Notes under the pieces: model-generated
What the model saw: the letters and a program-made list of their open reading frames with translations, nothing else
What the model was told of the DNA's origin: nothing
The model's database searches: none
From: a virus
DNA length: 64,000 bases
Strand: one strand, 5' to 3'
IMG/VR virus record: IMGVR_UViG_3300032213_001373
Coordinates: 38,328-102,327 of that record
Shown here: positions 46,311 through 55,474 of the stretch, piece after piece
Layout of the letters: every line of letters starts with the position of its first letter
Numbering within the stretch: the stretch's first letter is position 1
Made by a program: the position numbers and the translations under genes

Positions 46311-47358
46311 GAGATTGCTCCTTCAAATAGAAAGCTAGATTAGCTGTAAGGCGAGGATCCTGTGGGCTTAATTCTACAGCTTTGCGCCCGTATTGTAGGG
46401 CTTTGTCAAACTTTCCTAGGCGATAATAAGAGATAGCTGCAAAGTCCCAGGGTGCTGCCCCCCAGGCAAACTCTTCACATAGATACTCCAGAGGCTTTTC
46501 TTTTATAGCTAACGCCTTTTCTGCAGCCTGATAGCAGGCAGTCCAACGTTCGTTTTGATAGTAATAGTCCGCTAGGTCTACTAAAGCTTCTCGTCTATCA
46601 GGACACTCATCATGTGCCTTTAGTAACCACTCTTCTTTTTCTGAAACCATCTTAGCGATATAACGCATGGAAGCTGCCCGCTCCGGCTTCCAGGTGGCTT
46701 TTGGCAATGAGAGATGGCGCATAAACTCTTGTGTGGCTTCTTCAAAACGACCGTGAAAGAACAACTCGCGGGCGTAGTAAAAAGTGTTTCTATCATCATA
46801 TGGGTCTTCTTGAACAGCCTGAGCTAGCAAAGGCATGTACTGGTTACGAGACTTCGAGTGGTCAGGGTAGTGGTGAATCTCTAACGGGATCCAATCCTGA
46901 ACCTCAATAGATTGGTTGGTAACTATAACCTCGTGTACTGGGTGCTTCCAACGATAGCCTTTACGAGCGTGGATCTTATCTCCACCATACTCAAGTCCGG
47001 GTGTTCCATCCTCTTTCCAACTCCACGTGTATTTATATCGTGGTCTGGTTACGGCTGGGTTTATATTGTCAAAGCCTGAACGCCAACCCTCAACTAGTAC
47101 TTCATCCATATCAAGGGCAATGCAGTAGTCAATGTCAGCTGGGATTGCAGCTAGAGAAGCGTTGCGGGCGTCATCAAACCGCCAAGGTTTAACGCTAATG
47201 TCTATTACGTTTATTCCCAAAGACTTAGCTAGCTCTACGGTTCCATCAGTAGATCCAGTATCAGCTATGAGGATGTAGTCCGCTTCTTTGGCAGACTGAT
47301 ACCAGCGCTCAACGAAATGCTTTTCGTTTAACGCGATTGTGTAAACCGCTATCTTCAT
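46294..47358 (-). CDS. Family 2 glycosyltransferase with TPR repeats
   Basis: IALNE, DTGSTDGT, FDDARN, LDMDE, PVHE; TPR-like C-terminus. Confidence 0.88.
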   Translation of the reverse strand: MKIAVYTIALNEKHFVERWYQSAKEADYILIADTGSTDGTVELAKSLGINVIDISVKPWRFDDARNASLAAIPADIDYCIALDMDEVLVEGWRSGFDNINPAVTRPRYKYTWSWKEDGTPGLEYGGDKIHARKGYRWKHPVHEVIVTNQSIEVQDWIPLEIHHYPDHSKSRNQYMPLLAQAVQEDPYDDRNTFYYARELFFHGRFEEATQEFMRHLSLPKATWKPERAASMRYIAKMVSEKEEWLLKAHDECPDRREALVDLADYYYQNERWTACYQAAEKALAIKEKPLEYLCEEFAWGAAPWDFAAISYYRLGKFDKALQYGRKAVELSPQDPRLTANLAFYLKEQSLGNDI

Positions 47359-47374
47359 TAGCCCTCCAGCTAGA

Positions 47375-47488
47375 TTATTCTTCAGTGAATACTAGATCGT
47401 ATCCAACCAAGTTTCCTTGGTCATCCCGGACTTCAAACTTCTCTGCTCCGGTCTCTGGGTCAATGCCTAAGCTTACTTTAGTTGTCAT
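47375..47488 (-). CDS. 37-aa acidic peptide (possible fibre chaperone)
   Basis: Manual translation MTTKVSLGIDPETGAEKFEVRDDQGNLVGYDLVFTEE; ATGA-coupled. Confidence 0.6.
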   Translation of the reverse strand: MTTKVSLGIDPETGAEKFEVRDDQGNLVGYDLVFTEE

Positions 47489-49545
47489 GATAGTCGTCCC
47501 CACGGTGCGATAGCTGTTGTTGTAAATGAGTTTGAGGTAGAAGGTAGGTCAGTCTGTGACGCTACATAACCTGATAGACGAGGTCCTAGGCTGGACAACG
47601 CCGCTGGGATATTTGCAAACGCTGTGTATACGGTAGGAGCTGTTGTTCCTACGTAGAGGACAGCAATCGCATATCGAGTTCCAGCTTGTAACGTGTAAGT
47701 AGATGGGTATCCACCGGTAGTACTAAAAGCACGGGTAAAGACTGTGTTTGTAGTACCTAGAAGGGTTACGTCACTGTCTGTGCGAGCAACCAATGTAGCG
47801 GTAGTACCGTTAAAGGTATAAAGACCTAGGCGTACAGTCTGCGCTCCAGTAGCTGCAGTGTTAGCTGAAACCACTGTAAGGTTGCTGATAGTTGCTGTCC
47901 ACATAGGGCTAAAGAATGTGAAGTATGCGTTTCCGCTTGACAACACGCCGCTAGAGTTCGTGGTACGTGGATATACGTCAACTATGCTCGTAGTTTGGTT
48001 TAGGTTACCTGCAATATCCTGGAAGATATCTTTCCAAACCAATCCGGTAGTCTGAGCTGAGTCTGCAACCAAAGCACGACCGTTTACTCCTACAGCTAAC
48101 TTATCTAAAGTTCCAGTGCCTGTTCCAGCTAAAAGGTCTCCCTTTGCTGTGTACTGGTGGCTTCCTAGAAGGGTTGTAGTGCTTGTAGGTAAGGTAAGTG
48201 TACCCGTGTTAGTAATGCTAGATATTACAGGAGAGGTGAGTGTTAGTCCTGCTACTGTAGTAGTTGCCGACCCCAAAGTAAGTGTGCTAGAACCTAGTGT
48301 GATAGTTGAGTTTGCTAGCTTAACATTGGTGACGTTAGCGTCAACAATCTTTACTGTAGTAACAGTTCCATCGGTAGGTGTACGTGTATTTGTAAGTCTT
48401 GTATCAGTTCCGTAGACAACCTGAGAGTTAGAGGCATCTCCCGAAGCCGGAAAGTCTTTTGTTGATGCTGTACCTAGACCAGTAATCTGGGTATTTGCAA
48501 GCGATAAGACAGATTGATTAAGACCTAATACAGCAGAGGTAGAAGACCCCGTATTTGTAACAGGTCCTGTTACAGAGATAACGCCTGAAGGTCCAGTAGG
48601 TCCTATTAGTCCTTGAGGACCGGTAGGTCCTGTCCCACCTTGAGGCCCGGTTGCACCTTGAGGCCCAACAATTTGACCGACGCTTGTCCAAGCTGTGCCG
48701 TTCCATACGTAGAGGTCTCCGTCGGCATCAACAATGTATGCGTCATTAATATCATTTCCTGAAGAAGGTAGGTTTACAACAGCAGCTACGCTTCCTTTAA
48801 AATCAATAGAAGTTCCTTGTGGACCAGTAGGACCTGTTATTCCAGACGGACCAGTAGGACCTGTTTCACCCTGAGGACCCGTAGGTCCTAAGCTAGAAAC
48901 AGTAATGCTATTTCCCATGTTAGGGTGGTTTTGACATACATATGTCAAAGAGCTTGGAGCGTCATATGGGACTTCAAAAATAATAGTTCCAACTGCTACG
49001 CCAGCGTTAGTTACGCCAGTACTGTAAACGTTTGCAGGGTTGTACGCTAATCCGGATGTTTGAATCCAAAATGGGTGACCTGGAGCGTTTACGTTTATTA
49101 CGTATCGGTGACCACGGATAAAAGAAATAACCGGGTTGTTTGCCCCGTTAACAATATAGATTCCACCGGCAGGTGATGTAACAGAAAGGGTAATACCACC
49201 ACTAGGACCAGTTGGTCCTGTTGGTCCTGTAGGTCCAACCGGGCCAGTTACTCCTTGAGGAATACCAAAGTTATAAACTGCTGCGGTAGTAGTTCCGCTG
49301 TTAGTTACTGTTGCTGAAGCTCCTGGAGAAAGAGTGTTTACAGTTCCAACTGTTGCAGTTGAGCTAGGACCTGTAGGGCCTGTTGTACCAGAAGAATACT
49401 GAAGACTGTTCCAAGGGCTAGTACCGTTACCGATTTTAAACTTACCGGTGTCGTGTTCATACCCAGCTTCACCTTGAGATAGTACAGGGTTAGAAGTAGT
49501 CCACTCTGTTGCAGTGCCTCGTCTAAACTGAATCTTAACAGCCAT
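47485..49545 (-). CDS. Tail fibre with Mtd_N-like N-terminus, collagen repeats and a cupredoxin-like domain
   Basis: IQFRRGTATEW...NPVL..GE.G.E.DTGKFKIG; GPT repeats; GHPF...YVCQNHPNMG. Confidence 0.8.
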   Translation of the reverse strand: MAVKIQFRRGTATEWTTSNPVLSQGEAGYEHDTGKFKIGNGTSPWNSLQYSSGTTGPTGPSSTATVGTVNTLSPGASATVTNSGTTTAAVYNFGIPQGVTGPVGPTGPTGPTGPSGGITLSVTSPAGGIYIVNGANNPVISFIRGHRYVINVNAPGHPFWIQTSGLAYNPANVYSTGVTNAGVAVGTIIFEVPYDAPSSLTYVCQNHPNMGNSITVSSLGPTGPQGETGPTGPSGITGPTGPQGTSIDFKGSVAAVVNLPSSGNDINDAYIVDADGDLYVWNGTAWTSVGQIVGPQGATGPQGGTGPTGPQGLIGPTGPSGVISVTGPVTNTGSSTSAVLGLNQSVLSLANTQITGLGTASTKDFPASGDASNSQVVYGTDTRLTNTRTPTDGTVTTVKIVDANVTNVKLANSTITLGSSTLTLGSATTTVAGLTLTSPVISSITNTGTLTLPTSTTTLLGSHQYTAKGDLLAGTGTGTLDKLAVGVNGRALVADSAQTTGLVWKDIFQDIAGNLNQTTSIVDVYPRTTNSSGVLSSGNAYFTFFSPMWTATISNLTVVSANTAATGAQTVRLGLYTFNGTTATLVARTDSDVTLLGTTNTVFTRAFSTTGGYPSTYTLQAGTRYAIAVLYVGTTAPTVYTAFANIPAALSSLGPRLSGYVASQTDLPSTSNSFTTTAIAPWGRLS

Positions 49546-49688
49546 TAGCAGTCACACTTCTCTTTCTTTCTCATCTTCCACCACATCCATACGTGGTGTG
49601 CCGCCATCAATCCCATAAGAATCCACATGACAGTCATTTCACTTATTCCACTGCCAGTAGCCAACACCATGTTTTCATGATCATGCAT
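49545..49688 (-). CDS. 47-aa His/Met-rich membrane peptide
   Basis: Manual translation [47 protein letters not shown]; TAATG-coupled at both ends. Confidence 0.7.
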   Translation of the reverse strand: MHDHENMVLATGSGISEMTVMWILMGLMAAHHVWMWWKMRKKEKCDC

Positions 49689-49978
49689 TAGTCGTTAACT
49701 CCCCCACAGTCAATTGGAATGACACCGCCATATACTGATCCTGGAGTTCCGCAATCTACATTTTGAAATATAGGGCCTGTAGGACCTGTTGGTCCAGGCG
49801 CACCTGTAGGGCCAGTAACCTGTGGTCCAGTTGGGCCTGTGGGACCTAGAGGACCGGTAGGTCCGATAGGACCTAAAGATTCTTTAATAAGCCATTTTGT
49901 TCCATCCCACTTCCACGTGGTTAACCCAGCCGTGAACTCTTGATTAAGAGTCGGGGAGTTGGGAAAGTCAATAGGCAT
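49688..49978 (-). CDS. Small collagen-like virion protein
   Basis: IDFPNSP...[11 protein letters not shown] triplets. Confidence 0.75.
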   Translation of the reverse strand: MPIDFPNSPTLNQEFTAGLTTWKWDGTKWLIKESLGPIGPTGPLGPTGPTGPQVTGPTGAPGPTGPTGPIFQNVDCGTPGSVYGGVIPIDCGGVND

Positions 49979-49999
49979 GTTCTACAGTTTACAACAAGA

Positions 50000-50698
50000 C
50001 TAGTCGTAAGACTTCTTAACCCACACGACCTTTTTGTAACCGTCATAGAGGTACTTAGCCACCTTAAAGGTTTGCTTTCTAACCCACATTGCGTCAGGCT
50101 CTAGCACCTCAGACTTCCAATCTTCCCTTTTGAATGGGATGATCTGCATGATTGGAGTTCCTGCAGGTATAACCCCCTCGAAGCCCTCTTTGAGAAAGAA
50201 AGGTATTTCCCCTCCCAAAGAGAACCCGTCGGAGTCCACAACCCCAGAGGTTGTAGTAAAAGGAAGATCAAACCTATTTAACGGGTGTACAAACAAAGCG
50301 CTGTACCCTGGCGGAACTATAACCGCCCAGTAGGTATGCCAGGCATAGAGATCCTGGTCATGACCCTCTGGACGAGGAAGAGTTGTCGCCATGTCTTTTG
50401 GACGGATCTCGATAATAGAAGGTGCCTCGTTCCAGAAGAAACCCACACCTTTTTCATCCCTCTTTACCAAGAGGTCTGTAGGCATTGTGAGCATATAGCC
50501 GGAAGTAAGAGCATCTAGGAAAGGTACACAAAGCTTAATGTCTTTGTTAATACCGCCATTATTACCAAGAATCTTCATCTGCCCACCGCGGAAACGCTTT
50601 GCTTTCTTGTACCACTCAGGTACAGAAGAGCGTGCAGGAGTAGGTGGGTCAAACTTAGCTGTGTCCTCAGACATAGGTCTGAACTTAATTTTTTTCAT
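50000..50698 (-). CDS. Conserved phage protein with dUTPase-like beta fold (DUF6065-like)
   Basis: P.PA...PEWYK, K.CVPFLDA, PPGYS.LF.HPLN, GVVDSD, GTPIMQIIPFKRE.W. Confidence 0.6.
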   Translation of the reverse strand: MKKIKFRPMSEDTAKFDPPTPARSSVPEWYKKAKRFRGGQMKILGNNGGINKDIKLCVPFLDALTSGYMLTMPTDLLVKRDEKGVGFFWNEAPSIIEIRPKDMATTLPRPEGHDQDLYAWHTYWAVIVPPGYSALFVHPLNRFDLPFTTTSGVVDSDGFSLGGEIPFFLKEGFEGVIPAGTPIMQIIPFKREDWKSEVLEPDAMWVRKQTFKVAKYLYDGYKKVVWVKKSYD

Positions 50699-50700
50699 TT

Positions 50701-51651
50701 TTAGAGGATGCCACCGTAATACAGAGTAACTCCCATAAAGATGATTGGGATAACTAACGCAGCAATAGCTTTGTAGTAATCCTTAAGCGGTGTTCGGAAG
50801 TAGCTCTTACCTACCACTAAACACTTATGCATAGGGGAAAGCATATACCCAGCGTAATCGACTGCAAAGAATAGTGGCAAGGTTTCGATGCCAAATACTC
50901 CTACAGAAATGACCACAAAACCAGCAAACTTGCTGCTACTACCTAGGGCAAAGCTAGCTAAGAATCCTGCAATAGCAACAAGAATTAGTAGGTTATTTTT
51001 GTGAGCGTCTTCTAACCATGCATTGATGGTGTCAAAGTTAGCTTTAACAATGTTGCTGATCACAATAACGACCGCTGTAAACAACAGAACGCGAGCGTAC
51101 TCGACAATCTGCTTGCGATCGCGCTTTGCATCCGCTTCAATCTGCCAAGGCTCTTTATCTTTCTTCTTCAAAGCCTTCTCAGGAATAACGATCTCAATAT
51201 CGTCTTCCTTAAGAATCCTAAAGATGTAGAACAAGATGATAATTACAGCAGTTGCCAGCAAAGGCCAAATTCTGCTCATTAGCTCCCAGTAGCTGATGCT
51301 TAGGGCAGCCATTGGCAAAAGAACTGTTGCCTCTAGGGGAGACCAAAAATAAAAATGGTGCGTAGAAAGGTAATCAATGATTCCATAATTCTTACGCTTC
51401 TTCTTATCTTCTGGAGCAATTGTGTCTAGTGCACCTGCCGATATAGCTACGCGACCTGATATCGGAAGAACACCCGAAAACACAGAAATTAGAGCCACTA
51501 CGGCTCGCTTTGATTTAACTGTTCTAGCAATCCATGCGTACAAAGGCATGAACACTTGAGTCTTCTTTGCAGCAAAGGCAAGACCCATTACTGCTGCTAG
51601 AAGGATTAGGAACTGCTGGTTATCCAGCAACAACGATGATGTAAATTCCAT
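50701..51651 (-). CDS. Multi-pass membrane transporter (ion-transporter superfamily-like)
   Basis: About 8-9 hydrophobic segments with GVLPISGR, FWSPLE, LGSS and GYMLSPMHKC motifs. Confidence 0.65.
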   Translation of the reverse strand: MEFTSSLLLDNQQFLILLAAVMGLAFAAKKTQVFMPLYAWIARTVKSKRAVVALISVFSGVLPISGRVAISAGALDTIAPEDKKKRKNYGIIDYLSTHHFYFWSPLEATVLLPMAALSISYWELMSRIWPLLATAVIIILFYIFRILKEDDIEIVIPEKALKKKDKEPWQIEADAKRDRKQIVEYARVLLFTAVVIVISNIVKANFDTINAWLEDAHKNNLLILVAIAGFLASFALGSSSKFAGFVVISVGVFGIETLPLFFAVDYAGYMLSPMHKCLVVGKSYFRTPLKDYYKAIAALVIPIIFMGVTLYYGGIL

Positions 51652-53263
51652 TCCACCACATTCTTTCATCTTCTAAGCTATTCAATAGCTTTTTTGAATA
51701 TACGGGTGTAAGACCCGCGGCTTTTACTGCATCGTCAGCTGCTTTCACCGTGTCTGTCCAATTCGCGTCATCGAACACCAGGATCGCTTGCTTAGCGAAA
51801 CAGTCCCTATAACGGGTCACGGTCTTATAGATATGCTCGTACTCGTGAGGTCCATCATAGAAAAATAAGTCTACCCCAGTAATTTGGGTAGTATCCACTT
51901 CGTGCACGTCTTCGTTGATGATGTGCACATTGTTCTCCCCAATGTATGGGGTGATATTCTTTTCAAAATCATCTTGACTATTAGGGGGTAGTTCACCGTG
52001 CTCTTCCCGTACAGGTTGAAGGTTCTCCTCCCACATGTCAATAAAGTAGGCATCAAGCTTATTACCGCTTAGTGCCGCAGCGCCTGTAGCACCCAGGTAG
52101 GCACCAACCTCAAGGTAAACCTTAGACTGAGAGGCCAACCCATTTAAAAGCTGCTGCACTCGTGGACTGGTAAGCCCAGGAATCTGGATGTCAAGCTTTC
52201 TATTTACAGAGTCTACAATTTCTCTAGTAGCCACAAGGGTTCTAGGTTGACGCTTATCTCCGTACTTAGCTGCAACAATCTTGTCGCAATAACCACAGTC
52301 CCAGCAATCAAACTTGCAGGTCTTGATTTTTTCACGCCAGATATTAATTGGCTTGTCTACAAGGTTGCCTTCTTCTACAAAGTCTTTGAAGTGGTCAAAG
52401 AGAATCTCCTTGCCAGCAATGTAGTTTCTAATAATCTGCATAGTTTCTCTAAGACGAGACTTAGATTCTCTACCGTGCATCTTGATTACGTCAATACCTA
52501 GTTCTTCTAGGAAGTAAACCCAGTCTTCTCGCCAGGGAGGGAAGTTTGCAGTCTTTAGGGGAACAGCCTGATCTTCGTAATCCCACTTCATGCAGGATAC
52601 GCGGCTTATAGGATCAGCAAAGTACTGTGGCCATTCTGTTCTAGTATTGTTGAAGTGATAGTGCTCATCCATCATTGGGCAGCCTCCTAGGCAACCTTCA
52701 TTTGCTAGAAGGGAAAGTTTTACCCCGTACTTTTCTTTAGCCTTTTTAAATCTACGAAGCTTCTCATGATCACGCATAAGGTCTCGATCAAGATTGATGT
52801 AGTTAAACCCAGCCTTAGCTAAATGGGATACATCTCTAGGCTCAGATACGTTTCTAAGAATAGTGTTCTTTATAAATAAGTTAGGGAACTCAGCCTGCAG
52901 CTGACCACCTGCAACCCAGTGGGTGTGCGGGATTGTGACAGACCTAATACCGGCCTCGTAGAGTGGTCTAAAGTTTTCAATAAACAGATCAAGGTTCTGC
53001 TGTGTAGGTTCTACATAGATATTATTAAAAACCGCAGAAGCAGTAACACCAGTGTGGTCTTGTATAGCCAAAGCAAGGTCATTGAGATACTTGTGATCTT
53101 CATTAGGGTCTATAAAGATATCCCCCATAGCATCTTGTAAGAAAGGTGCTATGCGACAAGTAAAATAAAAATCATAAATGTAGTCTTTGCATTCAAACAA
53201 AAATTCTACAAACTCATTGACTTCCTTCTCGTTGAGCTTGGGATTCAAGGGCACGGTGAACAT
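51620..53263 (-). CDS. U32-family (Fe-S) protein fused to a class I SAM methyltransferase
   Basis: INLDRDL, LLANEGCLGGC, DVIKMHGRE, CKFDCWDCGYC; MTase YLEVGAYLGAT, FFYDGPH, VFDD. Confidence 0.72.
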   Translation of the reverse strand: MFTVPLNPKLNEKEVNEFVEFLFECKDYIYDFYFTCRIAPFLQDAMGDIFIDPNEDHKYLNDLALAIQDHTGVTASAVFNNIYVEPTQQNLDLFIENFRPLYEAGIRSVTIPHTHWVAGGQLQAEFPNLFIKNTILRNVSEPRDVSHLAKAGFNYINLDRDLMRDHEKLRRFKKAKEKYGVKLSLLANEGCLGGCPMMDEHYHFNNTRTEWPQYFADPISRVSCMKWDYEDQAVPLKTANFPPWREDWVYFLEELGIDVIKMHGRESKSRLRETMQIIRNYIAGKEILFDHFKDFVEEGNLVDKPINIWREKIKTCKFDCWDCGYCDKIVAAKYGDKRQPRTLVATREIVDSVNRKLDIQIPGLTSPRVQQLLNGLASQSKVYLEVGAYLGATGAAALSGNKLDAYFIDMWEENLQPVREEHGELPPNSQDDFEKNITPYIGENNVHIINEDVHEVDTTQITGVDLFFYDGPHEYEHIYKTVTRYRDCFAKQAILVFDDANWTDTVKAADDAVKAAGLTPVYSKKLLNSLEDERMWWNGIYIIVVAG

Positions 53264-53639
53264 ATGGTTCTATAACCTTTCCGAATGATAAGCCTTGCTG
53301 TATATCGTCATCTGTTAGTTCGTATTTATATCGCATTGGGCAGTCTACCAGATCGCCCATCTTATTCTTCTTTGGGTGCTCTATAAATCTAGCCTGTTGT
53401 TCTGGGGTGAATTGGTCTTTGACGTTTGAGTTAGCCCACACGTATATAAAGTTTCTAGCTACCTGATAGAACTTATAGCCCATAGCTTCATACTCAGATA
53501 GCTCAAAGAAAGGTAATCCCTCAGGAACGTTCTCTACTTCAGTAAAGTACCAGAACATGAAGGAGCCTTTGATCTTTAAATCATCCCATTGTTCTGGAGT
53601 AAATTTATAGATGTCGTCGTGAAACAGGCCCGCAAACAT
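53214..53639 (-). CDS. Hypothetical protein
   Basis: 141-aa ORF, TAATG-coupled. Confidence 0.65.
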   Translation of the reverse strand: MFAGLFHDDIYKFTPEQWDDLKIKGSFMFWYFTEVENVPEGLPFFELSEYEAMGYKFYQVARNFIYVWANSNVKDQFTPEQQARFIEHPKKNKMGDLVDCPMRYKYELTDDDIQQGLSFGKVIEPYVHRALESQAQREGSQ

Positions 53640-54427
53640 TATGCCTCTAGTTGTTTAGGCTTATCAATAAGTTCAATAGAGAACTGCTTGTTAGAAAGCT
53701 CTTTAATTTTTGCTGATTGAATCTGCTCCATAGCGCTGTTTACTCGTGTAGCCCAGTCTACTGCCACATCAAGAGCTGCAACAGCATGGTCTGTGTCCAT
53801 CATTGAGATGGCGTCCATGTTTCCGGTACCAATCTTGCCGGAAGACAGTAGATCCAATGCTGCCTGCTTACCTAAACGTTGGATCCAATGCTCTTCCTCT
53901 AATTTTAAAGAAAGTTCTTCGTCTAATACGGCGTCTTTTAGATCTGTACCGTCTGGAAGATAGGCTTCCCCTGACTCATACATTTCTTCAATTGCTTTAA
54001 TAAAGCTTAGTCTTTCTGCGTACGCTTGCTTCAAGCGACGGTGCATCTTAACAAGATCGTTTTTATTGGTGATCAACTCAAACTCTTTAAGCTTCATTTT
54101 AGCTGGGGAGGTAATCTCAGCCATCTCTTCGTAAATGACTTCAATCTGAGCCTCTTGCTTAGCAATATTCATCAAAAAGTTTTCAAGCACTTCTTCTCGA
54201 GATCGTAGCTCCAATAAGAATTGTTTATACTTTTGGTATGGGGTAATTTGAGCATCTCCCACAAAATGTTTAATCTTAAAGTATGGGGTGCCGTGATCTA
54301 ACTCAAATGAGAAATTGAGCATCTCAAGTTGTTTTTCATTTAGATCGCTAGTATCAGATACTAAACGTTGTCTAGCAGATTCTAGGCGCTCTTCAAGTGA
54401 CGTAATGTTGTCCATGTTATTTTCCAT
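53639..54427 (-). CDS. Coiled-coil hypothetical protein
   Basis: FVGDAQITPY...QFLLEL..REE; HWIQRLGKQAALDLL..GKIGTGNMDAI. Confidence 0.7.
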   Translation of the reverse strand: MENNMDNITSLEERLESARQRLVSDTSDLNEKQLEMLNFSFELDHGTPYFKIKHFVGDAQITPYQKYKQFLLELRSREEVLENFLMNIAKQEAQIEVIYEEMAEITSPAKMKLKEFELITNKNDLVKMHRRLKQAYAERLSFIKAIEEMYESGEAYLPDGTDLKDAVLDEELSLKLEEEHWIQRLGKQAALDLLSSGKIGTGNMDAISMMDTDHAVAALDVAVDWATRVNSAMEQIQSAKIKELSNKQFSIELIDKPKQLEA

Positions 54428-54451
54428 TTCGTTAGTATAGCAGGGGTTAGT

Positions 54452-55474
54452 CTAGTCTCTCCAATACCCGTGTCCGGATGAACGACCGTTAATAGCGGCG
54501 CCGTTTGTATGGGTTCCAGTTAAGCTTGTAGAGGTTACTCTAAAGCCTGAGTCTGTAGCAAAGTCAAATTTACCAATATCATTAACCTGTCCCTGTCCCG
54601 AGGCGTTACCGCCTGCGGTATCTGAGTAGTGACCAAGCATAATGCCGTGAGTTTGGCTCATAGAGAAGTTTTCTTCTCCGCACCACCATACAGACTTCTG
54701 AGGGGTTGAGACAGTATTCTCTGTAGCATAGTTCCACTTACGATGATAACGTCCAGAACCATAGCTACCTTCGTTACCGCCATATCCAAAACCAGTCTTA
54801 GCTGGTTGGCCTTTTTGCTGACCATGGAATCCAGGAGAGGTTCCTGGGGTAGACTCTGTTTCAGTAGCAAATACAAATTTTCTACGTGCTGTGGTGTCTG
54901 TATCCGCACCATCAGCCCACCAGTACCCAAAGTTCTCTGACATGTGGGCTCCAGCACCGGTACCGCCTTGGTTGAAACTAGACCCGGGGGCAGATACGTG
55001 AACTTCAGTTGTTAGGTTAAACTTTTGAAATACTGCCGCCCCTTGATTACCGTTTTGATATGAAAATGTATACCCACCATTAGTGTCCATAGCAAGCATA
55101 GTTGCGGAATCACCAACAGTTTGAGCTGTATTCATAGACGATGATTTGGAGTAAGTAGTTTCGTTTCTCATATTCCAACAAGATGTGGATGTAAACGCAC
55201 CAACTCCGCCGGTTCCCCACATAAAACCAATATTTCTATTGTGAGCGCCGGAGGTATAGTTAGCGTCTTCAGTAAGAATATTTCCGTTGTTAGTTGCTGT
55301 ATCGGTTGAAAACACATACTTATTAACGTTACGCCAAGGCACACTGTCTTTGTACCCTGCGGCAACATACCCAGTCGTTAAAATCTGGCGAGTAAGAAAT
55401 GGCAGAATTCCTCCACGCTTAAAGCGTGCAGTAAAAACACCATTAACGGATCTTTGAGATGCAAAAATAGGCAT
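54452..55474 (-). CDS. Kelch-like beta-propeller protein, paralog B
   Basis: Start reassigned to 55474 (TAATG-coupled, same N-terminus as paralog A); repeated GY..G and K(F/W).(F/Y).T(E/D) blades. Confidence 0.72.
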   Translation of the reverse strand: MPIFASQRSVNGVFTARFKRGGILPFLTRQILTTGYVAAGYKDSVPWRNVNKYVFSTDTATNNGNILTEDANYTSGAHNRNIGFMWGTGGVGAFTSTSCWNMRNETTYSKSSSMNTAQTVGDSATMLAMDTNGGYTFSYQNGNQGAAVFQKFNLTTEVHVSAPGSSFNQGGTGAGAHMSENFGYWWADGADTDTTARRKFVFATETESTPGTSPGFHGQQKGQPAKTGFGYGGNEGSYGSGRYHRKWNYATENTVSTPQKSVWWCGEENFSMSQTHGIMLGHYSDTAGGNASGQGQVNDIGKFDFATDSGFRVTSTSLTGTHTNGAAINGRSSGHGYWRD

